From: Octopus sinensis
Taxonomy: Eukaryota
Length of the DNA stretch: 64,000 bases
Reading direction: 5' to 3'
Assembly (NCBI RefSeq): GCF_006345805.1
Contig: NC_043013.1
Span: 58,280,001 to 58,344,000, forward strand
The notes below the pieces were generated by a model, which saw only the letters and a program-made list of their open reading frames with translations, had not been told where the DNA came from and ran no database searches. Within the stretch, counting starts at the first letter, position 1. Each line of letters starts with the position of its first letter. Below are positions 27,421 to 41,453 of this stretch, piece by piece. A program made the position numbers and the translations under genes.

Positions 27421-27509
27421 ATACTGCTTTATTTCTTTAAATCGTTCCGATTTTCTAGCAGTACATATTGAACGGAAATGCTTCAAAATCTGTCTACACA
27501 CCTCACGAT

Positions 27510-27783
27510 ACATTATTTACATTCGACGGATATTTGTCCTCGTCTTGTTTGTTGTTAACACAACGTTTCGGCTGATATACCCTCCAGCCTTCTTCAGGTG
27601 TCTTGTGGAAATTTCGAACCTGGGTTCTCATTCCTCAGGTATTTTTTGATGTTGTTGTTGTTGTTATTATTATTATTATTATTAATCAGGTCGCTACCTA
27701 GAATCGAACTCGGAATCTTGGGGTTAGTAGCCCGCACTCTTAACCACTACGCCATATGCTCGAGGTCTTATGGCATAGTGGTT
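27510..27783 (-). mobile_element. tRNA-headed, hammerhead-bearing short element with a 15-bp 5' inversion
   Basis: A box TGGCGTAGTGG (27754-27744), B box GAGTTCGATTC (27711-27701), (TAA/CAA)n linker, HHR at 27602-27557; inverted repeat 27742-27756 / 27769-27783. Confidence 0.8.
27557..27602 (-). ncRNA. Minimal type I hammerhead ribozyme, intact core with an extra A after A9
   Basis: GACAC CTGAAGA A GGCT ggagggtatatc AGCC GAAA CG TT GTGTT. Confidence 0.8.
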
Positions 27784-28559
27784 AGATAAAGTAAATATAG
27801 AACTATAGCATCTCACGATCTTTCACGGTGACCTCAGGTCTATAACATTGATTCAGATACGACTCCAAGACAAGATGTTCGTGTAGATGTCAAATAATGT
27901 TTCTAAAGAGGTGATTGTCATCTTTAAAACGAAATATAAAATATAAACAAATAATGCTGGCATATTCAAGTTTGCAGCTAAAAGATTTTATCCAGCATCC
28001 TTGCAACACGTGACTATAATCGGTTTTGAAACTCCCGTTATTCTTTGTGTCAATTCTACAACAGCGTCTCCACTAGATAAGCAAGTTGTCTAGCAGACGC
28101 AGCGAATTCTAGCCCAATTGTGCCTTTTCGACTCATTTCAGCTTCAGTGCAATAATTTTCAACTAAGTATTTGATGAATTATCTTCAAAGAACATTACAT
28201 TTTAGAATGAAATTCCACCTGCACAGCTTGGTGACAAACGAGGAAATATTTACACTCAGAATGGACAGCAAACAACGACTGCACAAAAGAAAGGAGATTC
28301 ATATGTTCTGTCCTCTCCTTCTACTACTGAATAACATTTACAGAAGCTAACCTTTACGTGTATCATTAAACTCTTTCTATATAATTGCCGGTGAAATAAA
28401 TATGTATGTGTGAATGTGCGTGTTTGTGTGAGTGTGTATGTGCGTTTGTATACATATATAGACACACACACACATATATATATATACATATGTATGTATA
28501 TATATATATATATGTATTCATACATACATACATATATACACATGTGTGTATGCCGTACT

Positions 28560-28800
28560 CACTCCGGTCACGACGACGAGGGTTGCAGTTGAGCCGATCA
28601 ACGAAACAGCCTGCTCGTGAAATTAACGTGCAAGTGGCTGAGCACTCCACAGGCGTGTGTACCATTAACATAATTCTCGGGGAGATCATGTGCCAAGGCC
28701 GGCCCTTTGAAAACACAGGTACAGCAGAAACATGAAGAAAGAGTGAGGGAAAGTTGTGGTGAAACAATACACAGGGTTCGCCACCACCCACTGCCGGACC
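28560..28800 (-). mobile_element. SINE body, tRNA head missing
   Basis: Same family as the 5190 fragment; assignment as a SINE is from recognition of octopus repeats and was not verified. Confidence 0.5.
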
Positions 28801-28814
28801 CTATATATATATAT

Positions 28815-28974
28815 AGGTGCAGATGTGGTGGTTTGGTAATAAGCTTCTTCCCAACCGCATGGTTCTAGGTCCAGTTTCACTGCACGGCACCTTGGGCAAG
28901 TGTCTTTTACGATAACCACGTGCCAACCAAAGCCTTGCAAGTGGATTTGGTTGACGCAAACTGAAAGAAACCCG

Positions 28975-28978
<4 letters not shown>
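28815..28978 (+). mobile_element. SINE family B (CORE-like), 5' half only
   Basis: Head, ccttgggcaagtgtctt and aactgaaagaa.cccgtc match the 5' half of 47513-47914; ends in (TA)n. Confidence 0.85.
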
Positions 28979-29010
<32 letters not shown>

Positions 29011-29013
<3 letters not shown>

Positions 29014-29310
29014 ATTTATTATATAGAGGAGCTTCTACAGGACTAGAACTGTTTCATTCAAGAGAAATCTTCAGGAAGCTAGTTACAAGAATCTATTGCA
29101 TTTATACATTTAGGCAGGTTTTAAAGGGTGGTGGTGGGGGACTTTTTGGGAGTAGGCATAGCGCAAAAAAATCATACTTGGGGGAGTGGTCAAGGAGTCA
29201 GTGGTAAATTAGATAGAAGAATAAATAAAAGAATAAAAAAAAGGAAAATAAAAAAATTTATAGAAGAATAGAGTTTTAGGTAAATAAGGAAAATCTCACT
29301 TATACCTATA
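29011..29310 (-). mobile_element. PLE pseudo-LTR carrying a hammerhead
   Basis: Unique segment between microsatellites containing the HHR at 29030-29080; same strand as the GIY-YIG at 31740-32175. Confidence 0.65.
29030..29080 (-). ncRNA. Type I hammerhead ribozyme with a full stem III
   Basis: AGCTTC CTGAAGA TTTC TCTT GAAT GAAA CAG TTCTAGTC CTG TA GAAGCT: 6-bp stem I, 4-bp stem III, GUA triplet. Confidence 0.85.
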
Positions 29311-29414
29311 CACATATGTATACATATATACACACACACATATACATACTCACATACATACACACACACCCATATATATATATATATACACACATACATA
29401 TACATACATATATC

Positions 29415-29452
<38 letters not shown>

Positions 29453-30124
29453 CACATATACATGCATATACATATACACACACACATGTATATATACACA
29501 CACACGACCACACATACACATATACACAAAAAAATATATACATACACACACATACACATACACACATACACACACATATATCCACATACACACATGCACA
29601 CACAACACACAAGTCCCTATATACTCATATATACATATACACATATATGTATATATACATATATATATATGTATATGTATACATACATATGTGTACCTAT
29701 TCATACCTACACATACACACATATATACATACAAATACAAACCCATTCCCTAATTTTAATTTTATTATCTTCATTTATTACTTTTGTTATCTTTGACCGC
29801 TGGTCACAAGCATCTTGGCTACGACAGCTAGTCCCTTTTATCTTTCTACTTGAGCACAAGCACTCACTCACGCACGCACACTCATTAGCACGCACACTCA
29901 CTCATTCGTACACTCATACACATACACGCACGCACGCGTTATATTCATACATACATCTACATACATACACGTATATACACATACGTACGAGTACCTACAG
30001 ATTCATGTCTACAATCTTAGAAGACTAGTCTATACATATACACCAATAAATATATATGCCACATACATATACACCTACATACAATACATACATACATATT
30101 ATATACACACATATACATACACAT

Positions 30125-30173
<49 letters not shown>

Positions 30174-30186
30174 CATATCCGCATAC

Positions 30187-30217
<31 letters not shown>

Positions 30218-30455
30218 CACATACATACATATACATACATACATATAAATATATACACACACACACATACATACACATATACACATACACGCACATACAC
30301 ATATACATGCGTACCCATACACACACACACACACGCGCATCCATATATACACATATATATATATATATATATATAAATTACATATACATGTGTGCAAACA
30401 TACATACATACTCATACACACTCACACACTTACATATACATATATACACACACTT

Positions 30456-30488
<33 letters not shown>

Positions 30489-30629
30489 CATACATATAAA
30501 TATATATATATATACATATATATACACACATATAAATACACACATACACACACATATTCCCATATATATATATATATATACATATATATATACATATACA
30601 TATACACACATATATATATATATATACAC

Positions 30630-30660
<31 letters not shown>

Positions 30661-31016
30661 CATACACACACACACATATATTATACCCACCCTACACATA
30701 CACACATTATATACATATATACATACATATACACACATACACACACACACACATATATATGTACATACATACCATACACATACATATACATATACATAAC
30801 ACATGCACTACGTATAACTCTACATACCCATACCATACATATATAATATATATATATATATATACAATATATATATATATACACATATATATACATATAT
30901 ATATGTATATATACACACACATATATATACCCATCTACAATCTGTATACACACACATACATCACATACACATAACTCTACATACCTACATATACATCGAC
31001 ATACTCGCGTACACTC

Positions 31017-31058
<42 letters not shown>

Positions 31059-31167
31059 GTATATATATATCTATATGTAAAAATAAATATATATATAAAT
31101 ACACACCAACACATATATACATATATATATATACACACACACACATACACATACATATACACATATA

Positions 31168-31205
<38 letters not shown>
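29311..31205. repeat. About 1.9-kb compound (CA)/(TA)/(CATA) microsatellite
   Basis: Seen directly; source of many spurious ORFs. Confidence 0.95.
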
Positions 31206-31212
<7 letters not shown>

Positions 31213-31739
31213 CAACAATTGAGGGTAAAGTTAATTAGTTATTAATCAATTTCACCAAGTATTCAGTATGTAAAAGGACCATTATTTTTTTGAGTAAACA
31301 TTGTCTGAGAGAAAATATTCTTTAAGTAGTGGAAAAGGCTAAAAAACGTATTTGGCTGCTATTTCTAGAAAGTTCAGTATGTGGCAAAGTAATTTATTTT
31401 ACTAAGCCCTAATATATATATATTTTATATACATACACATACATACACACATACATATACACATACATATGCATACACACATATATACATATATACATAT
31501 AATTACACACACACCACACACACATACATATATATATATTTTTTTTTACATACATACACACACACACACATAATACCTGCGTATATTCCTACTATACACA
31601 TACATTTCTATACATATATACGATACACATATACAAGCGTGCACATACAATATGTGAAAGGTCTTAGGAGAAAAGGTAGTCGGGGGGGGTGCTATAGGGA
31701 ACGGTGGGATGGGGGGGGGTTGTGGGTGTGGTGTCATCA

Positions 31740-32174
31740 ATCTGGTTGCCGGGTAGGTCTATAGTCCTTGTAGTTTGCATAATTCTTATGCATGCAATTT
31801 GGGGAGTGTTCTGAGATCTTGTTAAGGAGAGGGCCTTTGGCGAACAAGATCTCTAGGCTCTCCGAAATGCAAAGGTCACAGCAGGTATGGCCTCCTGTGT
31901 ACGAACGCGCTTCTGTAGTAGTTTCCACTTGGTCTTGAAGGGGATGGAGTTCCTTTTAAGGTACCAGATGTGGGCGGCGAGGGTAGTTTGGTTGGATTTA
32001 TCCGGTCGCCGGAACGAGTGTGTGTGTGCGTACCACACAGGTCTTAAAGCTGTTTGACGTCATTCCGATGTAGGATTTTCTTTTATCGTCAGGGCCTGAT
32101 CTTACCTCACATGTATATACTAGGTCCCTCTGTAGGCAGTTGTTGTTGAGGGGGCAGGTGGTTTTATCAGGGCA

Positions 32175-32175
<1 letters not shown>
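31740..32175 (-). mobile_element. Penelope-like GIY-YIG endonuclease domain, 5'-truncated and frameshifted
   Basis: CPLNNNCLQRDLVYTCEV...KSYIGMTSNSFKT; SFRR...TTLAAHIWYLK...KWKLL; YTGGHTCCDLCISESLEIL...LLNKISE...CMHKN. Confidence 0.9.
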
Positions 32176-32212
<37 letters not shown>

Positions 32213-32230
32213 GGGAGGGGCTCTTTCTTT

Positions 32231-32430
32231 GTGTCTTTGTCTCCGCACCACTGTTTGACAACCGGTACTGGTGTGTTTATGTCCTCGTAACCTAGCAGTT
32301 CGAACAAAAACCGATAGAATAAGTGCTAGGAAAATAAGTCCTGGGGTCGATTTGTGCGACTAAAATCTTTCAAGGCGGCGCTCCAGAATGACCACAGTCA
32401 AAAAGACTGAATCAAGTAAGAGAATAAAAA
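32231..32430 (+). mobile_element. SINE family B, 3' half only
   Basis: gtgtctttgtc..ttgacaaccggtactggtgtgtttatg...aaggcggcgctccag..cacagtcaaa..gactgaa matches the 3' half of 47513-47914. Confidence 0.85.
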
Positions 32431-32447
32431 GCTGTATACATGCATAT

Positions 32448-32478
<31 letters not shown>

Positions 32479-33395
32479 TATCGATGGATGTGTAACAGTG
32501 TACGAATATATGCGTGCGTACATTTAAGAATGTATATTATACATTGTATAATGAAATTATATATAAATATACTACAGAATATATAATGGAAAATGTCACA
32601 GTGAACCTAAATTCTTAAAATAAAATCTCTCTTGCCAATCAGAAGCTTCAATGAAAAATTACAAAATGTTAAGTTAAAAATTTTTCGAAGTTACAGCCCA
32701 AGTATTTTTCAATTAGATTTTAGTAAAAGGTTTGGCATTGAAAGATTTTTCTGTGTTTTAATGTTCTTCAACCATAACATCATTAAAGCAGGTTTCTTTT
32801 TTATATTTAACGACATTAGAAGCTCCATAAAAGTTGCCAATATATATACGAAGTGAAATACATAACTAAGTTAGTTTATGAAATTTTAAATTGCACTTCC
32901 TGGAGGGGGAAAAGCTCGTTAAATTTAGCAAAGAAAATGAAAATTACAAAATGCTGTAGATTATAAATATGAACTTTTTTATGATTACCAAAAGTAAATT
33001 GCTTTGGCATCAAATTAGAAAGTTTATTTAAAGTGTGATTTGAGGGAATTGGGCATTCATAACTGCCGTGTGAAGTGAAGAGTAAAAACTAGAATGATAT
33101 AACATCTGAGAGATGTGCAGAAGTTAAAATCAGAAAGATGTAATGGTTTTATTTGTGTTGATAACTATTTTAAAAACGCCACAGAAAAGCCTTCAGTGAA
33201 GGCTTTTCAAACACCGACATCCAAATAAACAACACCTTTTTCTTTTGTAATCAACGAGAATTTAAAACAAACATGTCAATTACTTCTCAGTGGAAGTATT
33301 AAAAAAGGCTTACTCTACTATTTGCGGGAGACATAGCGATTGTATAACGTTTTACGCATTGTTTTACCCACCAACACAAACAGAATTATATATAT

Positions 33396-33443
<48 letters not shown>

Positions 33444-33474
33444 TATATATGTATATATATATAGATATATATAT

Positions 33475-33511
<37 letters not shown>

Positions 33512-33660
33512 AGATTATATATATGTATATATATCTATATATGATATATATAATATATATATATATATACATACATATATATCATATATATATACATATA
33601 TACATACTATATATATATATATACATATATATATATAGATATATAGAGAGAGAGAGATAG

Positions 33661-33711
<51 letters not shown>

Positions 33712-33801
33712 ATAATATAATATATATATATATTGGTAAAACGGTAAGATAACAAAAGAAAGAAAGAGACCTCAATATTATGTAAATAGAGGAAATTTAT
33801 C

Positions 33802-34149
<348 letters not shown>

Positions 34150-34467
34150 CATATATATATATATATATATAATCTATATATATAACATATATATATATTA
34201 TATATATATATATATATATAGATATATATATATACATAGATATATACATATATATACATATATATACATATATATTATATATATACATATATATGTATAT
34301 ATACATATATATATTATACATATATAATACTATATATATATATAATATAGATACATAGATATACATATATATACTTATTCTTGGAGATGGCCATTGTTTT
34401 CACAAACACACGCAATATTAATCTCCACTTTAAATATTTATTCGCAGTGCTTTTAGTTAATATATCT

Positions 34468-34508
34468 GTCAAAGTTCTTTCGTCACACATTCTGACTTCG
34501 TCAGTGAC
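34468..34508 (-). ncRNA. Minimal type I hammerhead ribozyme, intact core, extra A, CUU triplet
   Basis: GTCA CTGACGA A GTC agaatgtgt GAC GAAA GAAC TT TGAC. Confidence 0.7.
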
Positions 34509-34578
34509 TGTGTTTCATGTATCACACGGACACTCAATCACACATCTGTAAGTATGAATGTATGTGTGTGTGTGTATG

Positions 34579-34635
<57 letters not shown>

Positions 34636-34914
34636 TGTATTGTAATGTGGGGAGAGAGTGTATGTCACTTTCATCGGAAAATTTTCATTTGTTTTCCTTA
34701 ATAACTGAATATTTTCATCCTAAATAAATACAAATTGTTATTACAATGATTGACACCTTAGGTAGAGAAAATGAACAAAATTATTTTATGGAAATACTAT
34801 TTGTATTTTCATAAATTTTCTTTCTCTATTAATTGTCTCTTACCGTTCTTTCCCTATCTCTATCTATGTATGTGTATACATATTTACACACACACACACA
34901 CACATATATATACG

Positions 34915-34956
<42 letters not shown>

Positions 34957-35764
34957 TACATATTGGAGGGTTTGGAGATGATGTACAGGTATTATATATT
35001 AGAAGAAATGAGGTGGTCAGAAGATCGGATGGTTCATATTTATAAATATTTATTTATATATTACATTTTTTACATATATATATCATATCATTCAGATCAT
35101 ATCATTCAGATTATTAGCGCTTTCTCCCATTCTAGTGGGGTTTTCAAATCAAATTAATTCCTTTGTGGAGAATTTAATCATTTTATAGAGTTTCGTAGTT
35201 TTGGGGAGGAACAAAACAGTATAAGAGGGTGAGGTAGATGAGGAGGAAGTGAGAGAGAGAACATGTGTGTATGTGTATGTGTATGTGTGTGTATGTGTGT
35301 GTGTGTGCGTTTGTATCTGAGGCTAAAGAGAAAGAGGGGAAGGGAGTGGGAAGAAGAAGAAGGAGGATTTCCTTTGGCCTGCTGGACCCCCAAGGGAGTT
35401 CTAAGAATTTTAGCTTTTTGTCCATTCTGGTGTCACTGAGTGTGTGTTGGTGGGTAGGCAGGCCATAAATTACACCTTTTATGATTTTGAGGATGGTCAG
35501 ATGCCATTTGGGGTCTCTGAACTCTTCTACTTTGTATGATCGTTTTGTGGAGGTGTGCGTGTGTGTCTCTGTGTGTCCGTGTGTGTTTGTGTGTGTGTGT
35601 GTTTGGAGAAGGGGAGAGAAACAAAAAGAGAAAAGGGAAAATAAAAATAAAAATAAAAATAAAAAATAAAAATAAGGGAGGAAATGGAGAAGAAATTTTT
35701 TTTTTTTGTGTTGATATTTATACTACCACATATATATACACAGACTTATACATAAAATATTTGA

Positions 35765-36390
<626 letters not shown>

Positions 36391-36449
36391 TATGTTGAGT
36401 AAAGTTTCAGGCATTTAATTTGGGGGAGAACTTAGCTATGAAATGTTTT

Positions 36450-36860
36450 TCCATATTCCTCCTGAAGGAGGTGTCGTTCTTCGGACACAAAAAGAAACAT
36501 CCCATATAGTATGGCACGACGAATATTTAGCATAGTAACTGATTCACAAATACGACTAATAAGACTAGATGAACTCAAAATCTTCCTCCTAGAGCAAAAA
36601 TACCCCCTTAAACTAATAGAAAATAGAATCACAAGAGCATTGAAACTAGACATTGCACAACTCAGGACACCCAAAACAAAAAACAAAGAAAACACTATCC
36701 CTTTTATAAACACACACAACCCTGGAGTTACCAACATCTTCCAAACCATACATTCAAACCTACCAATAGCCTTACAAAGCCCCAAAATGAAAAACATATT
36801 AAACAAATATAGCATAAAAAACAGTAGACGACAGGACAAAAACCTCCCTACAACTACGAA
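36450..36860 (+). mobile_element. Penelope-like RT thumb/linker fragment
   Basis: TKRNIPYSMARRIFSIVTD...RLDELKIFLLEQKYPLKLIE...IPFINTHNP...SRRQDKNL. Confidence 0.85.
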
Positions 36861-37069
36861 ACTCTATAAAATGGTTAAATTCCCCACAAAGGAATTAATT
36901 TGATTTGAAAAACCCCACTAGAATGGGAGAAAGCGCTAATAATCTGAATGATATGATCTGAATGATATGATATATATATGTAAAAATGTAATATATAAAT
37001 AAATATCTATAATATGAACCATCCGATCTTCTGATTACCTTATTTCTTCTAATATACATATATATATAT

Positions 37070-37101
<32 letters not shown>

Positions 37102-37334
37102 TATATATATAGGTATATATGTACGTATTTATGTCATTATTCAGTTTATTTCAACATTTCTTACCAACCAAGAGAGCCGTTTTCTAACCCAAGGCTCCTG
37201 CATTGGAATTTCAACATATATATGTATATATGCATTTATGTATGCATATATCTATACATGCAGATGTGTATGGTTTTTTCTATGTATGTCTTTTCATGGA
37301 TATACCTGCATATCTAGATATGCTCATATATACT

Positions 37335-37790
37335 TAAATGATAAATTTCTGGAAAGTTTTGCACGCTTTTGCAATTCCAGTGATGAATTGAGTCTATAGT
37401 CTTCGAATCAGCTTTCTCCTTTCTTGTTTTGAGAAACCTCATTTCCCAAGATTGGGGTTTAGGTAGGGTTTTGCATATCGCAGGGCCCCAATGATTACAG
37501 GTATAAACCTGAACTTGTAATCTAGGTAGTGTATTTTAGCGTCGGCATTCTCATTTTCACTGATCCTCAGATTTATGTTTACATTCACTGAGCAGCTTCT
37601 CTTCTCGATCCCAAATCATTATATCAGTTCTATTGTGTTTACATTTCATTGAGGTTTTCACTGGTACATTCCACCAGTTCTATTTTTTATCATCAGTGGC
37701 GATGGCTTCCAGCATACTGTGGATTCTTATTTCATTGTCCTCGGGTTATCCTTTCGACGGATTTCGTTATACAGTGTCCTACCTTTATAC
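37335..37790 (-). mobile_element. 3' fragment of an RLE-type non-LTR element distinct from the R4-like copies
   Basis: Degenerate KCKHNRTDIMIWDREEK, then YKFRFIPVIIGALRY...GFSKQERRKLIRRL...ITGIAKACKTFQKF. Confidence 0.7.
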
Positions 37791-38129
37791 ATATATATAT
37801 ATATACATATATGCACAAACAAATAAATATATACATAATATATGCATAAATACATTCATGCATACATACATACATTCACACATACATACATATATTAATA
37901 CATTCATACATACATACACTCATACATGCATACATTCATACATACATGATGATGGCTGCCCCCTCGTTATCAAGTATGGCCATTGCACGAAGCTTAACTG
38001 TTATTGGTGCTGAGATCGAATGTGAGTTTTATTTGCTTTTTAAGGCTACAGCCAGCCATTCAGTTGAGACGCACAGCACTAGCAACAATCATGAACAATG
38101 TTGTTATCGTGCAATGCCTGTGCAAGAAG

Positions 38130-38620
38130 ATTTTTTTTTAAGTGAGGAAAGGCTGTGCACTGAGTCAATCCCACTCACTAAGCAACAGCAGCCATAATCT
38201 GAAAAGAAGAACAAGTCAACATCACCGGAAACCACTGAGCCGCAGGTTTTATGTCGGAGTTATCCCAGTTACCTGAGTTACCTTCCCCTAGAAGGATGCC
38301 CTAACAAAGGCTAGGAGTCCTTCACTCCCAATGGTTTAACCGCGCGATCGGGTATTCAGTCCGATTATTTCTTTGTCCCCGCGCATGATACAGCATTAAG
38401 CCTTTAAAAAAATTCACGTTTATTGGATGGCCGTTGACTCTCAAGAGTTCCTCCGCCTTTTGACGGGTTTTGTTTTTCATGCCGCAGGGTGTTCAACAAA
38501 CACCCTCCTCACCAAGCAAGCTTGGTGGGCTTGCCGGTTTAGACGCTGACGGCCCGACCATGCAGCAGGTTGTACTGGGTTACATGTTACCAGTAGCACA
38601 CGAAAGTGACCTGACATGCA
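38130..38620 (-). mobile_element. Probable 5' UTR of an RTE-clade LINE
   Basis: GC-richer island containing ggactcctagcctttgttagggcatccttctaggggaaggtaactc, resembling the conserved RTE 5' UTR motif; no coding part seen. Confidence 0.5.
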
Positions 38621-39924
38621 TACATACATACATATGTATATATGAACGTATGAATGTTTTATGTGCACATAAATATCATACAATTTGTTTTTGTTTTTTT
38701 TACTAGAGATAGTATTTGATGGCTTCTTGGAATATTTATTAGCGATGATTCATTCCGAAAGTTATGCAAATAATAAATTTGTAAGTTATATTACTTTCAG
38801 TAAAAATATACAATAAAACATTGTAGAACGTTCTCCTTAAAAGTTTTACTACGCAAAAGCACACCCTATTTAAAACAAGATAATATCACCTCAAAAATAT
38901 AAATAAATAAACTAAAATCAACGGAAAACAAAGAACTAGAGATTGGAAAAAATTATAAAGATAAATGCTGCTACATTCTTGTTTGTTCAAAGATTTTGGA
39001 AATAAGTCCTTCACCGTGTGGAAAATCCAAAACTCGTAAAGATAACGAATTGGGCCTATACTGGCCAAAACCTATCAAAGTTATAGATGGCAACAACTAA
39101 CAGTTCCTCCAATCGGATAAAAACAAGTGTATCCCTGGACCGAAATCGTCTTGCCTTCAATTGACGTATAACATAGTCCTGAGTATCTCAAGGTCAAATA
39201 AAATATTTTCCCTGCAACATTGAACAACCTGTGCACGTTCATAATCAATTTGTTTGATTCAATCGACAACCAGATTTAACAATCATTTGTAGGCCGATGC
39301 TGGAAACCTAATGAAATCAATAAGAAATTATATTGTTTCTAAAATTAAATCTCAAATCTCTATATTGAAAAATACCACTTCAATAATTGAAGTGACCAAG
39401 GCAACGATATTTGATTGCAACTCAATATTGGCGATTGCTAATCTACAATCACCGAGTTAGTGCTTTAATAACGAATGCAGAAGTGAATGCGTATGCAATA
39501 ACACCATCAAAATCATTGGGCATCGAAACCATCTTCCAAGTAAGAAATATGTTATTAATTTATAAAAAATATAATAAAACTTCTGAGGTTTTTCACGTCA
39601 GTCTGGGTAAAAAGGTTTTGGTTGCAGTCAGCGACCTCATCGGTTAATCATTTTCCTGTTTTTTCTAAATTTTTCATTAATAATTAATCAAATATCTGGT
39701 AGGCTTTTATACTTTCAAACGATATAAGACGGAAACCAAATATTCAGAAAGACCTTCAACTTCCGTAAAGATTTTCCCAAATCACCATTGAAACCCACCA
39801 AAGTTCCTGTTATTTCTTGGAAAATTTAGCATATCACTGATATAGAAAATCATAGAAAAATGAAATACATTTGTAAATTATCCACCCAACCAAACAAAAT
39901 ATGAAAATGAAGCACAGATCAAAA

Positions 39925-40514
39925 TATTGGGTTGGCAAGAAATTAATTTCGTTTTTCGCAAATAGATAGTTACATTTTTTTAATAACTTTTCTCAATGTT
40001 ATGATTTTGTTCCTCTTGGCATTTGATAGCCATTACTTTTAGTTTGTTTAGTAGCAAATTGCGCGTAATTTTGTTTACAGCTGTTTTGGGTCTATTTTAA
40101 TATGGAGTGCAATAGCGAACATTTTCGCCGTATTTTGCTTTTATTTTCATAAAGGCAAGAAAACTTCTGAGGCTCACAAAGAGATATGTGAAGTTTATGG
40201 TGTTGATTGCTTAACAGAATGCACAGATACCAGAATTGGTTTAAAAAGTTCCGTTCTGCAGATTTTTCACTCAAAGATGACCAACGTTCTGGTCGACCTA
40301 CTGAAGTTTATGATGACCGAATCAAAGCCATAATTGAATATAATTGATATATAACTGTTCGAGCGATTGCAGAGAGTTTAAATATATCACACACAACAAT
40401 TGAAATTCACTTAAAATGTCTTGGACTCGTTAAAAAGCTCGATATCTGGGTTCAACATAAATTGAAAGAGATTCACTTAACACAACGAATCAATATTTGC
40501 GATATGCATCTCAA
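39925..40514 (+). mobile_element. Mariner transposon remnant: TA plus left TIR and N-terminal transposase pseudogene, cut off by a SINE
   Basis: tattgggttggcaagaaattaatttcg TIR; MECNSEHFRRILL..FHKGKKTSEAHKEICEVYG...NWFKKFRSADFSLKDDQRSGRP...TVRAIAESLNISHTTI..HLKCLG..KKLDIWVQHKL. Confidence 0.9.
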
Positions 40515-40665
40515 CCTCAGTACGCAACTGTTACTTAATTTATCGACCCCGAAAGGATGAAAAGCGAAGTCGACTTCCGGGGAATTTGAACTCAGAAAGT
40601 AATGACAGACGAAATACCGCTAATCATTTCGCCCGGCGTGCTAACGCTTCTGCCACCTCACCGCC
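40515..40665 (-). mobile_element. SINE family A
   Basis: Head and core match the 6985 and 56284 copies. Confidence 0.9.
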
Positions 40666-41242
40666 TTAAAAACTAACCATAATATTGAAGAAAGATGATC
40701 GGATATAATTCTAGAGGATAAAACAACATGCAGCAGTGTAAGGTTTTATTCTTTGCACTACTATAAAATAAAATGTTGGGTAGCAAAGGAATCGAGAGAA
40801 TTGAGAAATATCGGTACAAAGTCAGTAAAATGAAAATATAGTTGATGAGAATTGCTCCTGTGAAATGCATTTGGCACAACACCCAAAAGGCTCAGCACCC
40901 AAAAGGCTCTATGAAAGATTGATAGAGAGATTTCAATATCTCAATCAATCTTTCATAGAGCCTTTCATTGAATCTTGCATTGTCGACCTTCATGAAAGTA
41001 CCATCGGTCTTTATGTTTGTGTTGTTTTACTGATAAATGTTTATAGAAAAGGACTCCTGCGATTGTAACGGCTAACAAAAGTTCGATCCTATGTTCCTTA
41101 CACTACTGGAAAAATATTAAAAGACAACAACAGTGACAACAGCAAAACAGAAGTATACTCCTTAATTATTAATTCAAGATAACTTTATCCTTGTGTTTGA
41201 TACATGAAAACCCAGTGCAGCAACGGAAATACGTTAAATATA

Positions 41243-41453
41243 TTCGTTTCTACTCTAGGCACAAGGCCCGAAATTTTGGGGGAAGGGGCCAGTCGATTAG
41301 ATCGACTCCAGTATGCAACTGGTACATTAGCGACCCCGAAAGGATGAAAGGCAAAGCCGAGCTCGGCGGAATTTGAACTCAGAACGTAAAGAAAAACGAA
41401 ATACCACAAAACATTTCGCCCGGCGTGCTAACGTTTCTGCTAGCTCGTCGCCT
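41243..41453 (-). mobile_element. SINE family A
   Basis: Same head and core. Confidence 0.9.

Noticed and set aside
27686-27759. Functional tRNA gene (anticodon ACT)
   Set aside because: Acceptor stem and anticodon stem do not pair properly; it is a SINE-type head.
38380-38620. HDV-like ribozyme in the RTE-like 5' UTR (GGCCGTC / AACGGCC pairing)
   Set aside because: No convincing P3/L3 or P1.1 GG could be placed.
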